A stretch of 64,000 bases of DNA from Polynucleobacter sp. (lineage in GTDB: Bacteria > Pseudomonadota > Gammaproteobacteria > Burkholderiales > Burkholderiaceae). A model generated the notes under the pieces. It was not told the DNA's origin. It saw only the letters and a list, made by a program, of their open reading frames with translations, and made no database searches. The stretch covers positions 458-64,457 of the forward strand of contig JBBAQJ010000004.1 in the NCBI GenBank assembly GCA_040400365.1, written 5' to 3'. A program made the position numbers and the translations under genes. This document shows, piece by piece, positions 22,501 through 34,071 of the stretch. Every line of letters starts with the position of its first letter. Position 1 is the first letter of the stretch.

Positions 22501-22567
22501 AAAATCAATAACTTAGCTAATAAAATGAATTACAACACCCTTCATTATTAACGATTTTTGAGGAGTC

Positions 22568-24226
22568 TCAGCGATTTAATTCGAGAAGCGTATCCACTTG
22601 TGTCGGCTCGACCCGTGTCATTAAATGACGATAGGGTTGGATTGCAGAATTACTCTTTAATGATTTGCCGATATCCTGCCATTGCATTGATGGAATGGAC
22701 AAAAATTCTTCAACCTCACCCACCAAATTCGGTAAAACTGGCTTTAAGTACAAACTCAAACGCCGAAAGGATTCTAGGATGACACTGCATACTTCATGTA
22801 GTTTGGTTGACCCTTGGGGATCCTTAGCAAGTTCCCAGGGCTTGTTTTCATCCACGTAGGCATTGACTAGGTCTGCGAGCTCCATAATTTGGCGTACTGC
22901 TTTTGCAAATTCGCGAGTTTCATAAAGATCAGCAATTGAGTCACTCGCATTGGCAATCGATTCCAGTAATGGATGGGTCATCGCCGCATCGGCGACCCGA
23001 CCCTCAAAGCGCTTGACTAAGAATCCAGCAGTACGACTAGCAATATTGATGTACTTTCCCAAGAGGTCGCTATTCACGCGTGCTACAAAATCTTGAAGGT
23101 TCAGATCAAGATCCTCCATAGTCGCATTTAACTTGGTCGCAAAGTAGTAGCGGAACCATTCAGGGTTCAGGCCCGCCTCAATCACACTGTTTGCGGAAAT
23201 TAACGTGCCACGTGATTTACTCATCTTTTCGCCATCCACGGTTAAAAATCCGTGAGCATAAACATTGGTGGGTGTGCGATATCCTGAAAAGTGCAAGGTA
23301 GCTGGCCAAAAGAGCGTATGAAAATACAAAATATCTTTGCCGATGAAGTGGTATTGCTCGGTCGTGCTATGAGGCTTGACCCAGTGCGCAAAATCGAGGC
23401 CCCGTTCCTTGCAGTACTTTAAGAAGCTCGCATAATAACCAATCGGAGCATCAAGCCAGACATAAAAATATTTACCCGGTGCGTCGGGGATCTCAAAGCC
23501 AAAGTAGGGTGCGTCGCGCGAGATATCCCAGTCCCCAAGTTTGCTATCACCTTCGGTACCCACCCACTCTTTCATCTTGTTCTTGGCTTCACTCTGAAGC
23601 GGTGTTTTCACCTGAGTCCAATCGCGTAAAAATGACTCGCAGCGTGGATCCGAGAGCTTGAAAAAATAATGATCCGAGACTTTGCGAACCGGCGTGGCGC
23701 CACTCACTACAGAGTATGGATTCTTGAGATCGGTGGGCGCATAGGTGGCACCGCATTTCTCGCACGAGTCACCATACTGATCAGCCGCTCCGCATTTAGG
23801 GCAATTGCCTTTGATGAAGCGATCTGGCAAAAACATTTCTTTGACTGGATCGTAGGCTTGTTCAATTGCCCGTTTTTCAATGAGTCCGGCATCCCGCAGC
23901 TTCAGATAAATATCCCGAGACAACTGCTCATTCTCAGGACTATCGGTAGTGTAGTAATGATCAAAGGAGATGAGAAAGTGATCGAAATCCCGCTTGTGTT
24001 CATGCCATACCTTATCGATCAGTTCTTTCGGGGTAATTCCTTCTTTTTCAGCTCGTAGCATGATCGGAGTACCGTGGGTATCGTCGGCACCGACGTAATG
24101 CACCTCATGGCCACGCATTCTTTGGAACCGAACCCAAATATCCGTTTGTACGTATTCCACGAGATGCCCAATATGGATTTGGCCATTAGCGTAGGGTAGG
24201 GCGGAAGTAATGAGTAGTTGACGCAT
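22568..24226 (-). CDS. metG: Methionine--tRNA ligase (short, monomeric form)
   Basis: ALPYANG, HIGH, zinc knuckles CPKC..CEKC, KMSKS; no C-terminal tRNA-binding domain. Confidence 0.97.
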   Translation of the reverse strand: MRQLLITSALPYANGQIHIGHLVEYVQTDIWVRFQRMRGHEVHYVGADDTHGTPIMLRAEKEGITPKELIDKVWHEHKRDFDHFLISFDHYYTTDSPENEQLSRDIYLKLRDAGLIEKRAIEQAYDPVKEMFLPDRFIKGNCPKCGAADQYGDSCEKCGATYAPTDLKNPYSVVSGATPVRKVSDHYFFKLSDPRCESFLRDWTQVKTPLQSEAKNKMKEWVGTEGDSKLGDWDISRDAPYFGFEIPDAPGKYFYVWLDAPIGYYASFLKYCKERGLDFAHWVKPHSTTEQYHFIGKDILYFHTLFWPATLHFSGYRTPTNVYAHGFLTVDGEKMSKSRGTLISANSVIEAGLNPEWFRYYFATKLNATMEDLDLNLQDFVARVNSDLLGKYINIASRTAGFLVKRFEGRVADAAMTHPLLESIANASDSIADLYETREFAKAVRQIMELADLVNAYVDENKPWELAKDPQGSTKLHEVCSVILESFRRLSLYLKPVLPNLVGEVEEFLSIPSMQWQDIGKSLKSNSAIQPYRHLMTRVEPTQVDTLLELNR

Positions 24227-24231
24227 ATCAA
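24218..24231 (+). promoter_or_regulatory. FNR/Crp-type box upstream of fdhD (overlaps the metG start)
   Basis: TTGAC-GCAT-ATCAA, 23 nt upstream of -10-like TAGACT (24255-24260). Confidence 0.55.
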
Positions 24232-24322
24232 TCATTTTTATTAAACATTGATTTTAGACTGCGGTTAAAGTGTATGGTGAGATACCGCGGGGTATCGATG
24301 ATGGCCAAGGATCAATCTGCTC

Positions 24323-25165
24323 ATGAGTAGGACTTCACAATTAACTATTGCAATGACCAATGCCTCGGTACCGGTAGTTCATGAGGTAGCGATTATCGAT
24401 GAGTTGGGGCGTCAGAAAACAAGCTTTATTCCAGGGGAGCGCTCGCTCACGATCTATTTAGATAAGCGCGAAGTGGTGACCCTCATGACCTTGGGTTCGG
24501 CCCCAGAGGCCTTGGTCTTGGGTTATTTACGCAACCAACGATTGGTGGAATCAGCTGAGGATATTGAGAGTATTCAGGTCGATTGGGATACCGATTCAGC
24601 AGCGGTCAAGACCCGCCGAAGCACCGTCGATATTGATGCGATTACCAGTAAGCGGGTGGTAACCACGGGCTGCGGTCAAGGAACGATGTTCGGTGGGCTG
24701 ATGGAAGACATGGCCCAGATTCGGCTGCCAGAGGGCCCCAAGCTTCACCAAGCGGCGATTGTGGATCTCTTGGAGCAGATCCGGGCTCACGAAACCATTT
24801 ATAAAAAAGCCGGCTCTGTCCATGCGTGCGCCGTATTTGAGCGCGCTGGAGACGATCGGGTCAGGCTCTTACATCTGATTGAGGATGTGGGGCGACACAA
24901 CGCGGTTGATTCCATTTCAGGCTTACTCTGGTTGGCTAAGCGTCAGGGTGAAGAACTCATCTTCTTTACGACCGGGCGCCTCACCTCTGAGATGGTGATT
25001 AAGGGGGCTCAGATGGGTATTCCCTTTCTGCTCACCCGTTCCGGAGTCACACAGATGGGCTTGGAGTTGGCTAAAAAGACCCATTTAACCTTGTTATCGC
25101 GTTGTTCTGGTAAGCACTTTGAGATTTACAACGCCCCGGAGCGTGTGGTTTTTCAGACACCTTAG
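24323..25165 (+). CDS. fdhD: Formate dehydrogenase accessory sulfurtransferase FdhD
   Basis: TTGCGQG, GSVHACA, EDVGRHNAVD, TGRLTSEMVIK. Confidence 0.93.
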   Translation: MSRTSQLTIAMTNASVPVVHEVAIIDELGRQKTSFIPGERSLTIYLDKREVVTLMTLGSAPEALVLGYLRNQRLVESAEDIESIQVDWDTDSAAVKTRRSTVDIDAITSKRVVTTGCGQGTMFGGLMEDMAQIRLPEGPKLHQAAIVDLLEQIRAHETIYKKAGSVHACAVFERAGDDRVRLLHLIEDVGRHNAVDSISGLLWLAKRQGEELIFFTTGRLTSEMVIKGAQMGIPFLLTRSGVTQMGLELAKKTHLTLLSRCSGKHFEIYNAPERVVFQTP

Positions 25166-25219
25166 ACCTGAAAGCGGGGCTTTGTGCCTACTTGGGCGCG
25201 AAAGTCTTACAATCCCGCC

Positions 25220-25786
25220 ATGACTATTAAATCTGACCATTGGATCCGCCGAATGGCCGAAGGGGGCATGATTAGCCCCTTTGAGCCCGGCCAAATTCGG
25301 ACGAACGCCGCAGGGCAAAAAATTGTGAGTTATGGCACATCAAGTTATGGCTATGACATTCGATGCGCAAATGAGTTCAAGATCTTCACCAATATCAACA
25401 GTACGATTGTGGATCCGAAGCAATTTGATGAAAAATCATTTGTCGATTTTAAGGGCGATGTCTGCATCATCCCACCCAATTCCTTTGCTTTGGCGAGAAC
25501 GGTAGAGTATTTCAAGATCCCACGTAATGTGTTAACGATTTGCGTTGGCAAGAGTACCTATGCGCGTTGCGGAATCATCGTTAACGTCACGCCATTTGAG
25601 CCTGAGTGGGAAGGTTATGTCACCCTGGAGTTTTCCAATACCACCCCATTACCAGCCAAAATTTATGCGGGCGAGGGCTGCGCTCAAGTCCTCTTCTTTG
25701 AGAGCGATGAGGTATGCGGTACTTCTTACAAAGACCGTGGTGGTAAGTACCAAGGCCAACACGGCGTTACTCTACCCAAAACCTAA
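25220..25786 (+). CDS. dcd: dCTP deaminase
   Basis: [35 protein letters not shown]. Confidence 0.97.
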   Translation: MTIKSDHWIRRMAEGGMISPFEPGQIRTNAAGQKIVSYGTSSYGYDIRCANEFKIFTNINSTIVDPKQFDEKSFVDFKGDVCIIPPNSFALARTVEYFKIPRNVLTICVGKSTYARCGIIVNVTPFEPEWEGYVTLEFSNTTPLPAKIYAGEGCAQVLFFESDEVCGTSYKDRGGKYQGQHGVTLPKT

Positions 25787-25792
25787 GCCATC

Positions 25793-28045
25793 ATGAAATT
25801 TCGTTTCCCGATCATCATTATTGATGAAGACTTCCGCTCCGAGAACATTTCTGGTTCTGGTATTCGCGACCTAGCAGTAGCGATTGAGGGAGAGGGGATT
25901 GAGGTGATTGGTCTGACCAGCTATGGCGATCTCACCTCATTTGCGCAGCAAGCCTCGCGCGCATCATGTTTTATTTTGTCGATTGACGATGAAGAGTTTG
26001 ATGCGGTGATGGATCCGGAGGATAGCGATCTACCAGCGATTACTAATTTGCGCTCCTTTGTAGTGGAAGTGCGCAAACGCAATGAAGACATTCCAATCTT
26101 TTTGTATGGTGAGACCCGCACCTCGCGCCATATTCCGAACGATATTTTGCGTGAGCTACACGGCTTTATTCATATGAACGAAGATACGCCGGAGTTCGTC
26201 GCGCGCCATATCATTCGTGAAGCTAAGGTCTATCTTGACTCTTTGGCGCCCCCATTCTTTCGGGCACTCACCCACTATGCCTCGGAGGGTTCGTATTCAT
26301 GGCATTGCCCGGGTCATTCCGGAGGCGTTGCCTTCTTGAAGAGTCCGGTTGGTCGCATGTTCCATCAATTTTTTGGTGAGAACATGTTGCGTGCCGACGT
26401 CTGCAATGCAGTGGAAGAGTTAGGTCAGTTGTTAGATCACACCGGACCCGTGGTGGCCAGTGAGCGTAATGCCGCGCGTATCTTCAATGCAGACCATTTG
26501 TTTTTTGTCACCAACGGCACGTCGACCTCGAACAAAATTGTTTGGCACTCGACGGTAGCGCCGGGTGACGTGGTTCTAGTCGATCGCAATTGCCATAAAT
26601 CCGTCATTCATTCGATCATGATGATGGGTGCGATCCCGGTTTTCTTGATGCCAACGCGCAATCACCTCGGCATTATTGGACCCATTCCAAAAGAAGAGTT
26701 TGAGTGGGCCAATATTCAGAAAAAGATTGCGGCCAACCCCTTTATCAAAGATAAAAATGTTGTGCCACGGGTCTTAACGATTACTCAAAGCACCTATGAC
26801 GGAATTGTCTACAACGTTGAAATGATTAAGTCCATGCTCGATGGTAAGGTCGATAGCCTGCATTTTGATGAAGCGTGGTTACCGCATGCCGCTTTCCATC
26901 CTTTTTATCAAGACATGCATGCGATTGGTCAGCATCGTAAGCGTCCACAAAAGAGTTTGTTGTTCTCGACACAGTCGACCCATAAATTACTCGCTGGCTT
27001 ATCGCAAGCCTCGCAAGTCTTAGTACAGGATGCGCAGGAGCGTAAGCTCGATCGAGATTGCTTTAACGAGGCCTACTTGATGCATACCTCGACCAGTCCG
27101 CAGTACGCAATTATTGCCTCATGCGATGTATCGGCAGCCATGATGGAGTCACCCGGTGGCACTACCTTGGTTGAAGAGTCGATTGCGGAAGCCTTGGATT
27201 TTCGGCGTGCGATGCGTAAAGTGGATGAGGAATTTGGCTCTGACTGGTGGTTTAAGGTTTGGGGCCCAGATCATTTGGCTGAAGAGGGCATTGGAACGCG
27301 TGACGATTGGATTTTGGAGCCCAATGCCTATTGGCATGACTTTGGTCCCTTAGCCAAGAACTTCAATATGCTTGATCCGATCAAGGCAACGGTGGTGACG
27401 CCAGGTTTAGATATTGAAGGTAACTTTGGTGAAATTGGTATTCCGGCCAGTATTGTGACCAAATACTTAGCTGAGCATGGTGTGATCGTTGAAAAGACCG
27501 GGCTCTATTCCTTCTTCATCATGTTCACGATTGGTATTACCAAGGGACGTTGGAATACGCTGGTGACCGAGTTGCAGCAGTTCAAGGATCACTTTGATAA
27601 GAACCAACCGCTGTGGAAGGTATTGCCTGAGTTTGTCGCCAAGCATCCCCGGTATGAACGGGTTGGGTTGCAAGAGATTTCTGCGCAAATCCATTCTTTT
27701 TATAAGAGCCGCGATGTAGCCCGCATGACTACTGAGATGTACCTCTCGAATATGGAGCCTGCGATGGTCCCAGGCGATGCCTGGAGCAAGATGGCGCATA
27801 AAGACATTGATCGAGTACCGATTGATGAGCTTGAGGGGCGCATTACTGCCATGCTGGTGACACCATATCCCCCAGGCATTCCGTTGCTGATTCCAGGCGA
27901 GCGCTTTAATAAAGCGATTGTGAATTACTTACGCTTTGCTCGTGACTTTAATCAGCAATTCCCAGGTTTTGAAACCGATATCCACGGCCTGGTTAAAAAT
28001 GCCGATGGCAATAACGGTTACTACGTCGACTGCGTGCGCGCTTAA
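25793..28045 (+). CDS. Orn/Lys/Arg decarboxylase (wing-domain AAT-fold, PLP)
   Basis: HCPGHSGG, VTNGTSTSNK, DRNCHKS, HFDEAW, PLP-lysine STHKLL, PYPPGIP. Confidence 0.93.
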   Translation: MKFRFPIIIIDEDFRSENISGSGIRDLAVAIEGEGIEVIGLTSYGDLTSFAQQASRASCFILSIDDEEFDAVMDPEDSDLPAITNLRSFVVEVRKRNEDIPIFLYGETRTSRHIPNDILRELHGFIHMNEDTPEFVARHIIREAKVYLDSLAPPFFRALTHYASEGSYSWHCPGHSGGVAFLKSPVGRMFHQFFGENMLRADVCNAVEELGQLLDHTGPVVASERNAARIFNADHLFFVTNGTSTSNKIVWHSTVAPGDVVLVDRNCHKSVIHSIMMMGAIPVFLMPTRNHLGIIGPIPKEEFEWANIQKKIAANPFIKDKNVVPRVLTITQSTYDGIVYNVEMIKSMLDGKVDSLHFDEAWLPHAAFHPFYQDMHAIGQHRKRPQKSLLFSTQSTHKLLAGLSQASQVLVQDAQERKLDRDCFNEAYLMHTSTSPQYAIIASCDVSAAMMESPGGTTLVEESIAEALDFRRAMRKVDEEFGSDWWFKVWGPDHLAEEGIGTRDDWILEPNAYWHDFGPLAKNFNMLDPIKATVVTPGLDIEGNFGEIGIPASIVTKYLAEHGVIVEKTGLYSFFIMFTIGITKGRWNTLVTELQQFKDHFDKNQPLWKVLPEFVAKHPRYERVGLQEISAQIHSFYKSRDVARMTTEMYLSNMEPAMVPGDAWSKMAHKDIDRVPIDELEGRITAMLVTPYPPGIPLLIPGERFNKAIVNYLRFARDFNQQFPGFETDIHGLVKNADGNNGYYVDCVRA

Positions 28046-28054
28046 CGAGCTTAA

Positions 28055-29482
28055 TTACTTCTTTTTAAGAACAGTACGGGCGCGTTTGATCGCTGCAATG
28101 ACCTGCTTGGGGGCAGTGCCTCCCACATGATTGCGCGAATTGACCGAACCTTTGGGGGTTAAGACTGCAAATACCTCCTGGGTAATTAACTTGGACTTCG
28201 GGCTTAATCCGCAAGCTTTAATAAGCTCGGCCAGGGTGAGATCGCTTAAGGCACAGTCTTTCTCGACGCAACGTTTGACCGCATGGGCAACCGCCTCATG
28301 CGCATCCCGAAATGGCAATCCTTGCTTAACCAAGTAATCGGCCAGATCCGTAGCGGTTGCAAAACCCTCTTCTGCTGCATATTCCATGGCAGCCTTATCA
28401 ACCTTGATGTGCGGCACCATATCCGCAAAAATTTGGATCGTTTGGCTAACCGTGTCGACGGCATCGAAGAGTGGTTCTTTATCTTCTTGATTGTCTTTGT
28501 TATAGGCGAGGGGCTGCCCTTTCATGAGTGTGAGAAGAGCAATCAAATCACCATTCACTCGCCCGGTCTTGCCACGCGCTAACTCGGGAACATCGGGATT
28601 TTTTTTCTGCGGCATGATGGAACTACCGGTACAAAACCGGTCTGGCAAATCAATAAAACCAAAGCGGGGACTGAGCCACAAAATCAACTCCTCAGACAGT
28701 CTTGAGACATGCATCATGAGGATTGCGGCGCTTGCGCAAAACTCAATTGCAAAATCACGATCCGATACTGCATCGAGGGAGTTTTGGCAGACTCCGTCAA
28801 AACCTAGTGTTTTAGCAACGCGGGCCCGATCAATCGGATAGCTGGTGCCAGCCAGAGCAGCAGCACCCAAAGGCAATTGATTCACTCGCGAGCGGCAATC
28901 GGCCAAGCGCTGAGAATCCCGGGTAAACATTTCGTAGTAGGCCAGTAGATGATGTCCGAATGTGACAGGTTGAGCCACTTGCAGATGGGTGTGACCCGGC
29001 ATGATGGTGTTGGCGTGTTGCTCTGCCAAGTTGAGAAAAGCCTCGCGTAAACGTGTGAGGTCCACCAAAATCAAATCAATTTCACTTCTTAGCCATAAAC
29101 GAATATCGGTGGCGACTTGATCATTACGTGAGCGGCCAGTATGTAGACGTTTGCCCGCATCCCCAATCAATTTGGTGAGCCTGGCTTCAATATTGAGGTG
29201 AACATCTTCAAGGGCTAATTGCCAATCAAAGCGTCCAGACACAATTTCTTTTTCGATCTGGGCCATGCCCTTTTGGATGGCCATGAAATCAGCCTTCGAA
29301 ATGATTTTCTGGGCGGCCAGCATCTCGGCATGGGCTAATGATCCGGCAATATCCACCAGGGCTAGCCGTTGGTCGAAGGCCAGTGAGGAAGTGTAGTGCT
29401 GAACTAGGGAATCGACGGGTTCAGCAAAGCGGCCAGACCACGCTTTGGATTTATTGGCTAAAGAATTTTTGGATGAGCTCAT
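28055..29482 (-). CDS. argH: Argininosuccinate lyase
   Basis: [26 protein letters not shown] signature. Confidence 0.97.
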   Translation of the reverse strand: MSSSKNSLANKSKAWSGRFAEPVDSLVQHYTSSLAFDQRLALVDIAGSLAHAEMLAAQKIISKADFMAIQKGMAQIEKEIVSGRFDWQLALEDVHLNIEARLTKLIGDAGKRLHTGRSRNDQVATDIRLWLRSEIDLILVDLTRLREAFLNLAEQHANTIMPGHTHLQVAQPVTFGHHLLAYYEMFTRDSQRLADCRSRVNQLPLGAAALAGTSYPIDRARVAKTLGFDGVCQNSLDAVSDRDFAIEFCASAAILMMHVSRLSEELILWLSPRFGFIDLPDRFCTGSSIMPQKKNPDVPELARGKTGRVNGDLIALLTLMKGQPLAYNKDNQEDKEPLFDAVDTVSQTIQIFADMVPHIKVDKAAMEYAAEEGFATATDLADYLVKQGLPFRDAHEAVAHAVKRCVEKDCALSDLTLAELIKACGLSPKSKLITQEVFAVLTPKGSVNSRNHVGGTAPKQVIAAIKRARTVLKKK

Positions 29483-29535
29483 AAACACAGTATATTGTGT
29501 GTCGTAACAGTTTATTTTAATTCTGAAGTTGCCCT

Positions 29536-30465
29536 ATGAGCCCAACGCGTTTAGTCATTGCCTCTCGTGAGAGCAGGCTTGCCATGTGGCAAGCCGAACA
29601 TGTTCAAGCATGCCTTAAAAAGTTGTATCCCAACTGCGAGGTCATTATTCTAGGGATGACCACCAAGGGCGATCAAATCTTAGATCGCGCCCTCTCCAAG
29701 GTGGGGGGGAAGGGGTTATTTGTGAAGGAGCTGGAAACCGCCCTGGAGGATGGTCGGGCCGATCTTGCAGTGCACTCATTAAAAGATGTGCCGATGGTCA
29801 TGCCAGAGGGCTTTGATCTGTCCTGCATCATGGTGCGCGAGGACGCGCGTGATGCCTTGATATCGAATAACTATGCAAGCCTGGCTGAGTTACCTGCAGG
29901 AGCAGTTGTCGGTACCTCAAGCCTGCGACGTGAAGCGATTATTCGGAGTCAATATCCTCATTTACGCGTTGAGCCATTGCGCGGTAATTTAGACACGCGG
30001 ATGGCCAAGCTTGACCGTGGTGAATACCAAGCCATCATTTTGGCCGCTGCAGGCTTAAAGCGCCTGGGGATGGGTGCTCGCATTAAAGCTTTATTACCCT
30101 ATGATCCCCACACCCCAGCGGCAGGCCAAGGGGCATTAGGTATTGAAACCTTGAGCGCACGCCCTGATGTGAAAGCTTGGCTGGCGCCTTTAAATGATTT
30201 ACCAACTGCCCTTGCAGTAACCGCTGAGCGGGCGGTATCACGTAAATTAGGGGGCTCGTGTGAGGTGCCTCTGGCGGCACACGCACAATGGCAAAACCCT
30301 CAAGAGCTCTCGATGCGCTCATATGTAGCTAGCACTGATGGTCGGCAAATTTGTTTGGCATCTGGCTCGCGTGCGATCAGCAATTATCAAGAAGCGGAAG
30401 CGTTTGGCTTGGCGATTGCCGATGATCTGATTGCGAAGGGGGCGGCAGCCTTATTGCCGCACTAA
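29536..30465 (+). CDS. hemC: Hydroxymethylbilane synthase
   Basis: [40 protein letters not shown]. Confidence 0.97.
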   Translation: MSPTRLVIASRESRLAMWQAEHVQACLKKLYPNCEVIILGMTTKGDQILDRALSKVGGKGLFVKELETALEDGRADLAVHSLKDVPMVMPEGFDLSCIMVREDARDALISNNYASLAELPAGAVVGTSSLRREAIIRSQYPHLRVEPLRGNLDTRMAKLDRGEYQAIILAAAGLKRLGMGARIKALLPYDPHTPAAGQGALGIETLSARPDVKAWLAPLNDLPTALAVTAERAVSRKLGGSCEVPLAAHAQWQNPQELSMRSYVASTDGRQICLASGSRAISNYQEAEAFGLAIADDLIAKGAAALLPH

Positions 30466-30469
30466 ATCC

Positions 30470-31309
30470 GTGAAGGCGTTTGAACCGGCGATCATCGTAA
30501 CCCGACCGACCGGTCAAGCACGTCGCTTAACTGAATTAATCGAAGCGGCTACGCAGGCAGTTTATCCATCGGTGCGGATGGTGAGTCTTCCGTTACTGAC
30601 GATTATTCCAAAAAATGATTTAGCGCTCTTAACGCAATTACGCACAGCATTACACCGCGCAACACTGATCATTTTTGTGAGCCCCAATGCGATTGAGTGC
30701 GCCATGCGAGCCCTTGATGATGCCAACTCGTCTTGGGAGCAATTAGTGAGCCCTGGGGTAACGATTGGGGTGGTGGGGCAGAGCAGTCAAGAGGCGCTGA
30801 TCCGGCACGGCCTAGCTAAAGAGTGCATCTTGGTTCCCGCCCAGGACGAATCCGATTCTGATGGTCTATGGAAGGTACTCCAAACCAATTTCACCGACTG
30901 GTCCAAGGAATCCGTTTTGATCATTAAGGGTGAAGGGGGTCGTGAGACCCTGATCGAGCAGTTTCGCTCGGTTGGTGCTGACCTTGAGACCCTATCGATC
31001 TACTCGCGCATTCCCTTAGATCTTGCAAGCCCAATGTGGCAGTCGTGCGCCGAACTTGATCCACGGTATACCTTATGGACCTTAACATCCTCTGAGGCAG
31101 TGCGGCATTTGGGTGAACGCTGTAAAGAGATAAACCGAATTCCAAGACTTGCGATTGAGAAAAGCTCGGCTTTATGCAGTCATGCCAATATCGCAAACGC
31201 AGCACAGCAGATTGGTTTTAAAAATATCTCGTTTTGTGAGCCGCGGGACGAGGCGATTAGCCAGTCTGCTGCAACTTGGCTAGCAGAGCAGGTAAAAAGA
31301 TCTCCATGA
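30470..31309 (+). CDS. hemD: Uroporphyrinogen-III synthase
   Basis: IIVTRP, FVSPNA, KGEGGRE, TSSEAV; follows hemC; GTG start inferred. Confidence 0.88.
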   Translation: MKAFEPAIIVTRPTGQARRLTELIEAATQAVYPSVRMVSLPLLTIIPKNDLALLTQLRTALHRATLIIFVSPNAIECAMRALDDANSSWEQLVSPGVTIGVVGQSSQEALIRHGLAKECILVPAQDESDSDGLWKVLQTNFTDWSKESVLIIKGEGGRETLIEQFRSVGADLETLSIYSRIPLDLASPMWQSCAELDPRYTLWTLTSSEAVRHLGERCKEINRIPRLAIEKSSALCSHANIANAAQQIGFKNISFCEPRDEAISQSAATWLAEQVKRSP

Positions 31310-31847
31310 CTAGTAGGGGGTGGCCATTGAGTTGGTAGAGTGTGCGTCTGGCCCAAACGCGTTTGGGCAGATCCGCATAACGGCGCTGGCAGACTTTCCA
31401 CTCCGGATGATGGTGGTCCAAACGAACAATTTGCCGAATGGGGCGAAAGCGTCCCTTGAGAACTTTGGCAAATAAAACGGCACCCAAAGGTTTATGACCC
31501 AATTTCAGAATCGTATGGTTACTGCCTATGGAGCTCGTGATGGGTAATACGCTCCGCGCCATCACAATTGGCTCACTCTGATCGCACAGCAAAATCTCAC
31601 GAATTCGCGAGCGATTGATCGGGCGTCGAAAGAATTTTTTTTCGGATGCGACTAAATTTTGTTTGCAATCGGCGAGGATCTGTAATTCCAGGTGCCGATC
31701 TTCAGGGTAGAGAAGCGCTTTCTCGAGCTTGCGTGTGAGCGATCCGGTATCGCTTAACCATTCTTGTAATGCCAATGGAGCACCCAAGGGTGCTCCATGA
31801 TCAAGTTGATGCCAGGTCGATGGGGAGCGAGACTTCCGCCACAACAT
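31257..31847 (-). CDS. ubiC: Chorismate--pyruvate lyase
   Basis: WLSDTGSLT, REILL, ARSVLP, LGHKPLGAVLF, WARR, LLVMEIFLP. Confidence 0.9.
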   Translation of the reverse strand: MLWRKSRSPSTWHQLDHGAPLGAPLALQEWLSDTGSLTRKLEKALLYPEDRHLELQILADCKQNLVASEKKFFRRPINRSRIREILLCDQSEPIVMARSVLPITSSIGSNHTILKLGHKPLGAVLFAKVLKGRFRPIRQIVRLDHHHPEWKVCQRRYADLPKRVWARRTLYQLNGHPLLVMEIFLPALLAKLQQTG

Positions 31848-31859
31848 ACAAGGCGCTAA

Positions 31860-33182
31860 TTAATGCTGACGCGGGCTATTTTGAAATGAGCCTGTACGGG
31901 AACCAAAGCGCGGCCCTGAACTTTTGCGAGCCTGTCCCCCAAACTTGGGTTTACTGCGTTTAGCAGCCCCAGGGCGATGATTGGGTTTATGTGCGCTCGG
32001 TTTTTGTTGGGGCTCAAGACCTACAATTTCTGCAGCGGCCATGGGTTGTTGAGTAAATCGCTCAATGGCTCTGATCTTCACGCGGTCACGATGCTCGGCC
32101 AGTGTGATGGCAATGCCATTGCGTCCGGCACGACCCGTACGACCAATACGGTGGGTATAGTCTTCGGGTTTCATGGGAAGACCAAAATTGATCACGTGGC
32201 TGATCCGGGGCACGTCAATCCCACGCGCAGCCACATCAGTGGCGACCAAAATACGGGTTTGGCCTTTACGTAACGAATCGAGGCGACGGTTGCGAACGGC
32301 CTGAGGCATCGCGCCATGCAGGGCACTCGCTTGATAACCATTGGCACGCAAGGTGTCAGCAATCTTTTCGCTTTCCACTTGGGTGCTCGCGAAGACAACT
32401 GCTTGATCGAGCTCGGGGTCTGAGAGCAGATGCTCCAACAGACGATGCTTGTGCGCCATATTGTCAGCCCAATGGAGCTTTTGGGCAATATTGGCATGCG
32501 CCTCACCTGCATGGGCAAGCTCAATCCGCTTGGCATCCTTCGTCAGATTTGAAGCAAGGCTCATGATGCGTGGTGCAAATGTCGCTGAGAACATCAGGGT
32601 TTGGGAACGGCCTTTGCAACGCTCATCAATTGCCTCGAGATCTTCAGCAAAGCCAAGATCTAACATGCGATCGGCCTCGTCGACGACCAGGCATTCAACT
32701 TGGTCTAAGCGAATGGCACGTGAGTTAAATAAATCCAGTAAACGACCGGGAGTGGCCACTACTAAGCTCGCACCTTTAATGGCTTGAATTTGCTTGCCAT
32801 AGGGCATACCGCCCATGATGGTGGCAATTCGGAGGCTCTTAATACCGCGCGCTAGATTAATCGCATCGGTGGCAACTTGTTGGGCGAGTTCGCGGGTTGG
32901 GCACAAAACCAAGATCTTGGGCTGAGCGCGACCAGGCACAGGGCTGCCATGGGGGTTGGCAACAACGAGTTGATGAAGAAGTGGCAATAAAAAGGCAGCG
33001 GTTTTACCACTTCCTGTTTGGCTGCTCACCAATAAATCACCGCCCTCGAGGGTCGCAGGAATTACCTGTGCTTGTACGGGGGTGGCTTGGGTATAGCCGA
33101 GCGCCTCAATGTTCTTGAGTAAAGGCGCAGCTAAGTTCAGTGAAGCAAATGAATGATTCGTAATTTCAGCAGAATGTGACAT
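31860..33182 (-). CDS. DEAD-box RNA helicase (RhlE/DeaD-like)
   Basis: Q motif, TGSGKT, PTRELA, DEAD, SAT, HRIGRTGRAG; basic C-terminal tail. Confidence 0.95.
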   Translation of the reverse strand: MSHSAEITNHSFASLNLAAPLLKNIEALGYTQATPVQAQVIPATLEGGDLLVSSQTGSGKTAAFLLPLLHQLVVANPHGSPVPGRAQPKILVLCPTRELAQQVATDAINLARGIKSLRIATIMGGMPYGKQIQAIKGASLVVATPGRLLDLFNSRAIRLDQVECLVVDEADRMLDLGFAEDLEAIDERCKGRSQTLMFSATFAPRIMSLASNLTKDAKRIELAHAGEAHANIAQKLHWADNMAHKHRLLEHLLSDPELDQAVVFASTQVESEKIADTLRANGYQASALHGAMPQAVRNRRLDSLRKGQTRILVATDVAARGIDVPRISHVINFGLPMKPEDYTHRIGRTGRAGRNGIAITLAEHRDRVKIRAIERFTQQPMAAAEIVGLEPQQKPSAHKPNHRPGAAKRSKPKFGGQARKSSGPRFGSRTGSFQNSPRQH

Positions 33183-33374
33183 GCAATACCCATCCTCTTA
33201 TAGGATGGTCTCCGGTTGTGCGCCTGGTTTATATAAAGGCGCGATGGTCAAGGGCATCGACCATCAGACAAGCGGCAGCGGGGTAAAAACCAAAACGCTG
33301 AAAAATGTAAATTGCTGGGGACGATGTTTCAAAAAGCCCTCCATTATGACACGTTTCCTGTTTATGATCTAGTC

Positions 33375-34046
33375 ATGCTGGATTGGATGAATTTGACCCA
33401 TGTGGGCGTCGTGCAGTTACCGACCTTTATTCTGGGCACCATTGCGATTGTTTTATTACCGGGCCCAAACTCCCTTTATGTCCTGACAGCTTCCTCCAAG
33501 CTGGGCTGGAGGGCGGGGTCATGGGCATCATTGGGCATTGTGGTGGGCGATTCGATTTTGATGGTGGCCATTGTTTTAGGGGCCGCATCGCTCTTACAAA
33601 ACTCTCCTGGCCTTTTTATGGCATTACGCTGGCTAGGGGCGATTTACTTACTATGGCTAGCTTGGGGCCTGATCCGAGCCGCTTGGAGTCGTTTGCACAA
33701 GATCTCCCCACAAAATAGTTCGCAAACAAGCTCCATGCGACTCATGCAAATGCATCCATTTGTAGCTGCGCTTGGCTTATCCCTCACCAATCCCAAAGCC
33801 ATTTTTTTCTTCATCTCCTTCTTTACCCAGTTTGTGGATCCGCAGTTTGCCAATCCGGCCCTGAGTTTTTTATATCTTGCCATCATCTTGCAGGTGATTA
33901 GCATCACCTACTTAAGCGGACTGATTTGGGTTGGTGAAACTCTGGCTCATCGCATTGAGCGTCATCCACAATGGGCAGCTGTGCTGTGGTTTGGGGTCGG
34001 CATCTTGTTTATCTATTTTGCGTTACGCTTGCTTATAGGTAATTAA
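33375..34046 (+). CDS. leuE: LysE-family leucine efflux protein LeuE
   Basis: IVLLPGPNSLYVL, GD..LM, SLTNPKAIFFFISFFTQF. Confidence 0.85.
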   Translation: MLDWMNLTHVGVVQLPTFILGTIAIVLLPGPNSLYVLTASSKLGWRAGSWASLGIVVGDSILMVAIVLGAASLLQNSPGLFMALRWLGAIYLLWLAWGLIRAAWSRLHKISPQNSSQTSSMRLMQMHPFVAALGLSLTNPKAIFFFISFFTQFVDPQFANPALSFLYLAIILQVISITYLSGLIWVGETLAHRIERHPQWAAVLWFGVGILFIYFALRLLIGN

Positions 34047-34071
34047 TATCACGAATGATTGGAGAGTATTT

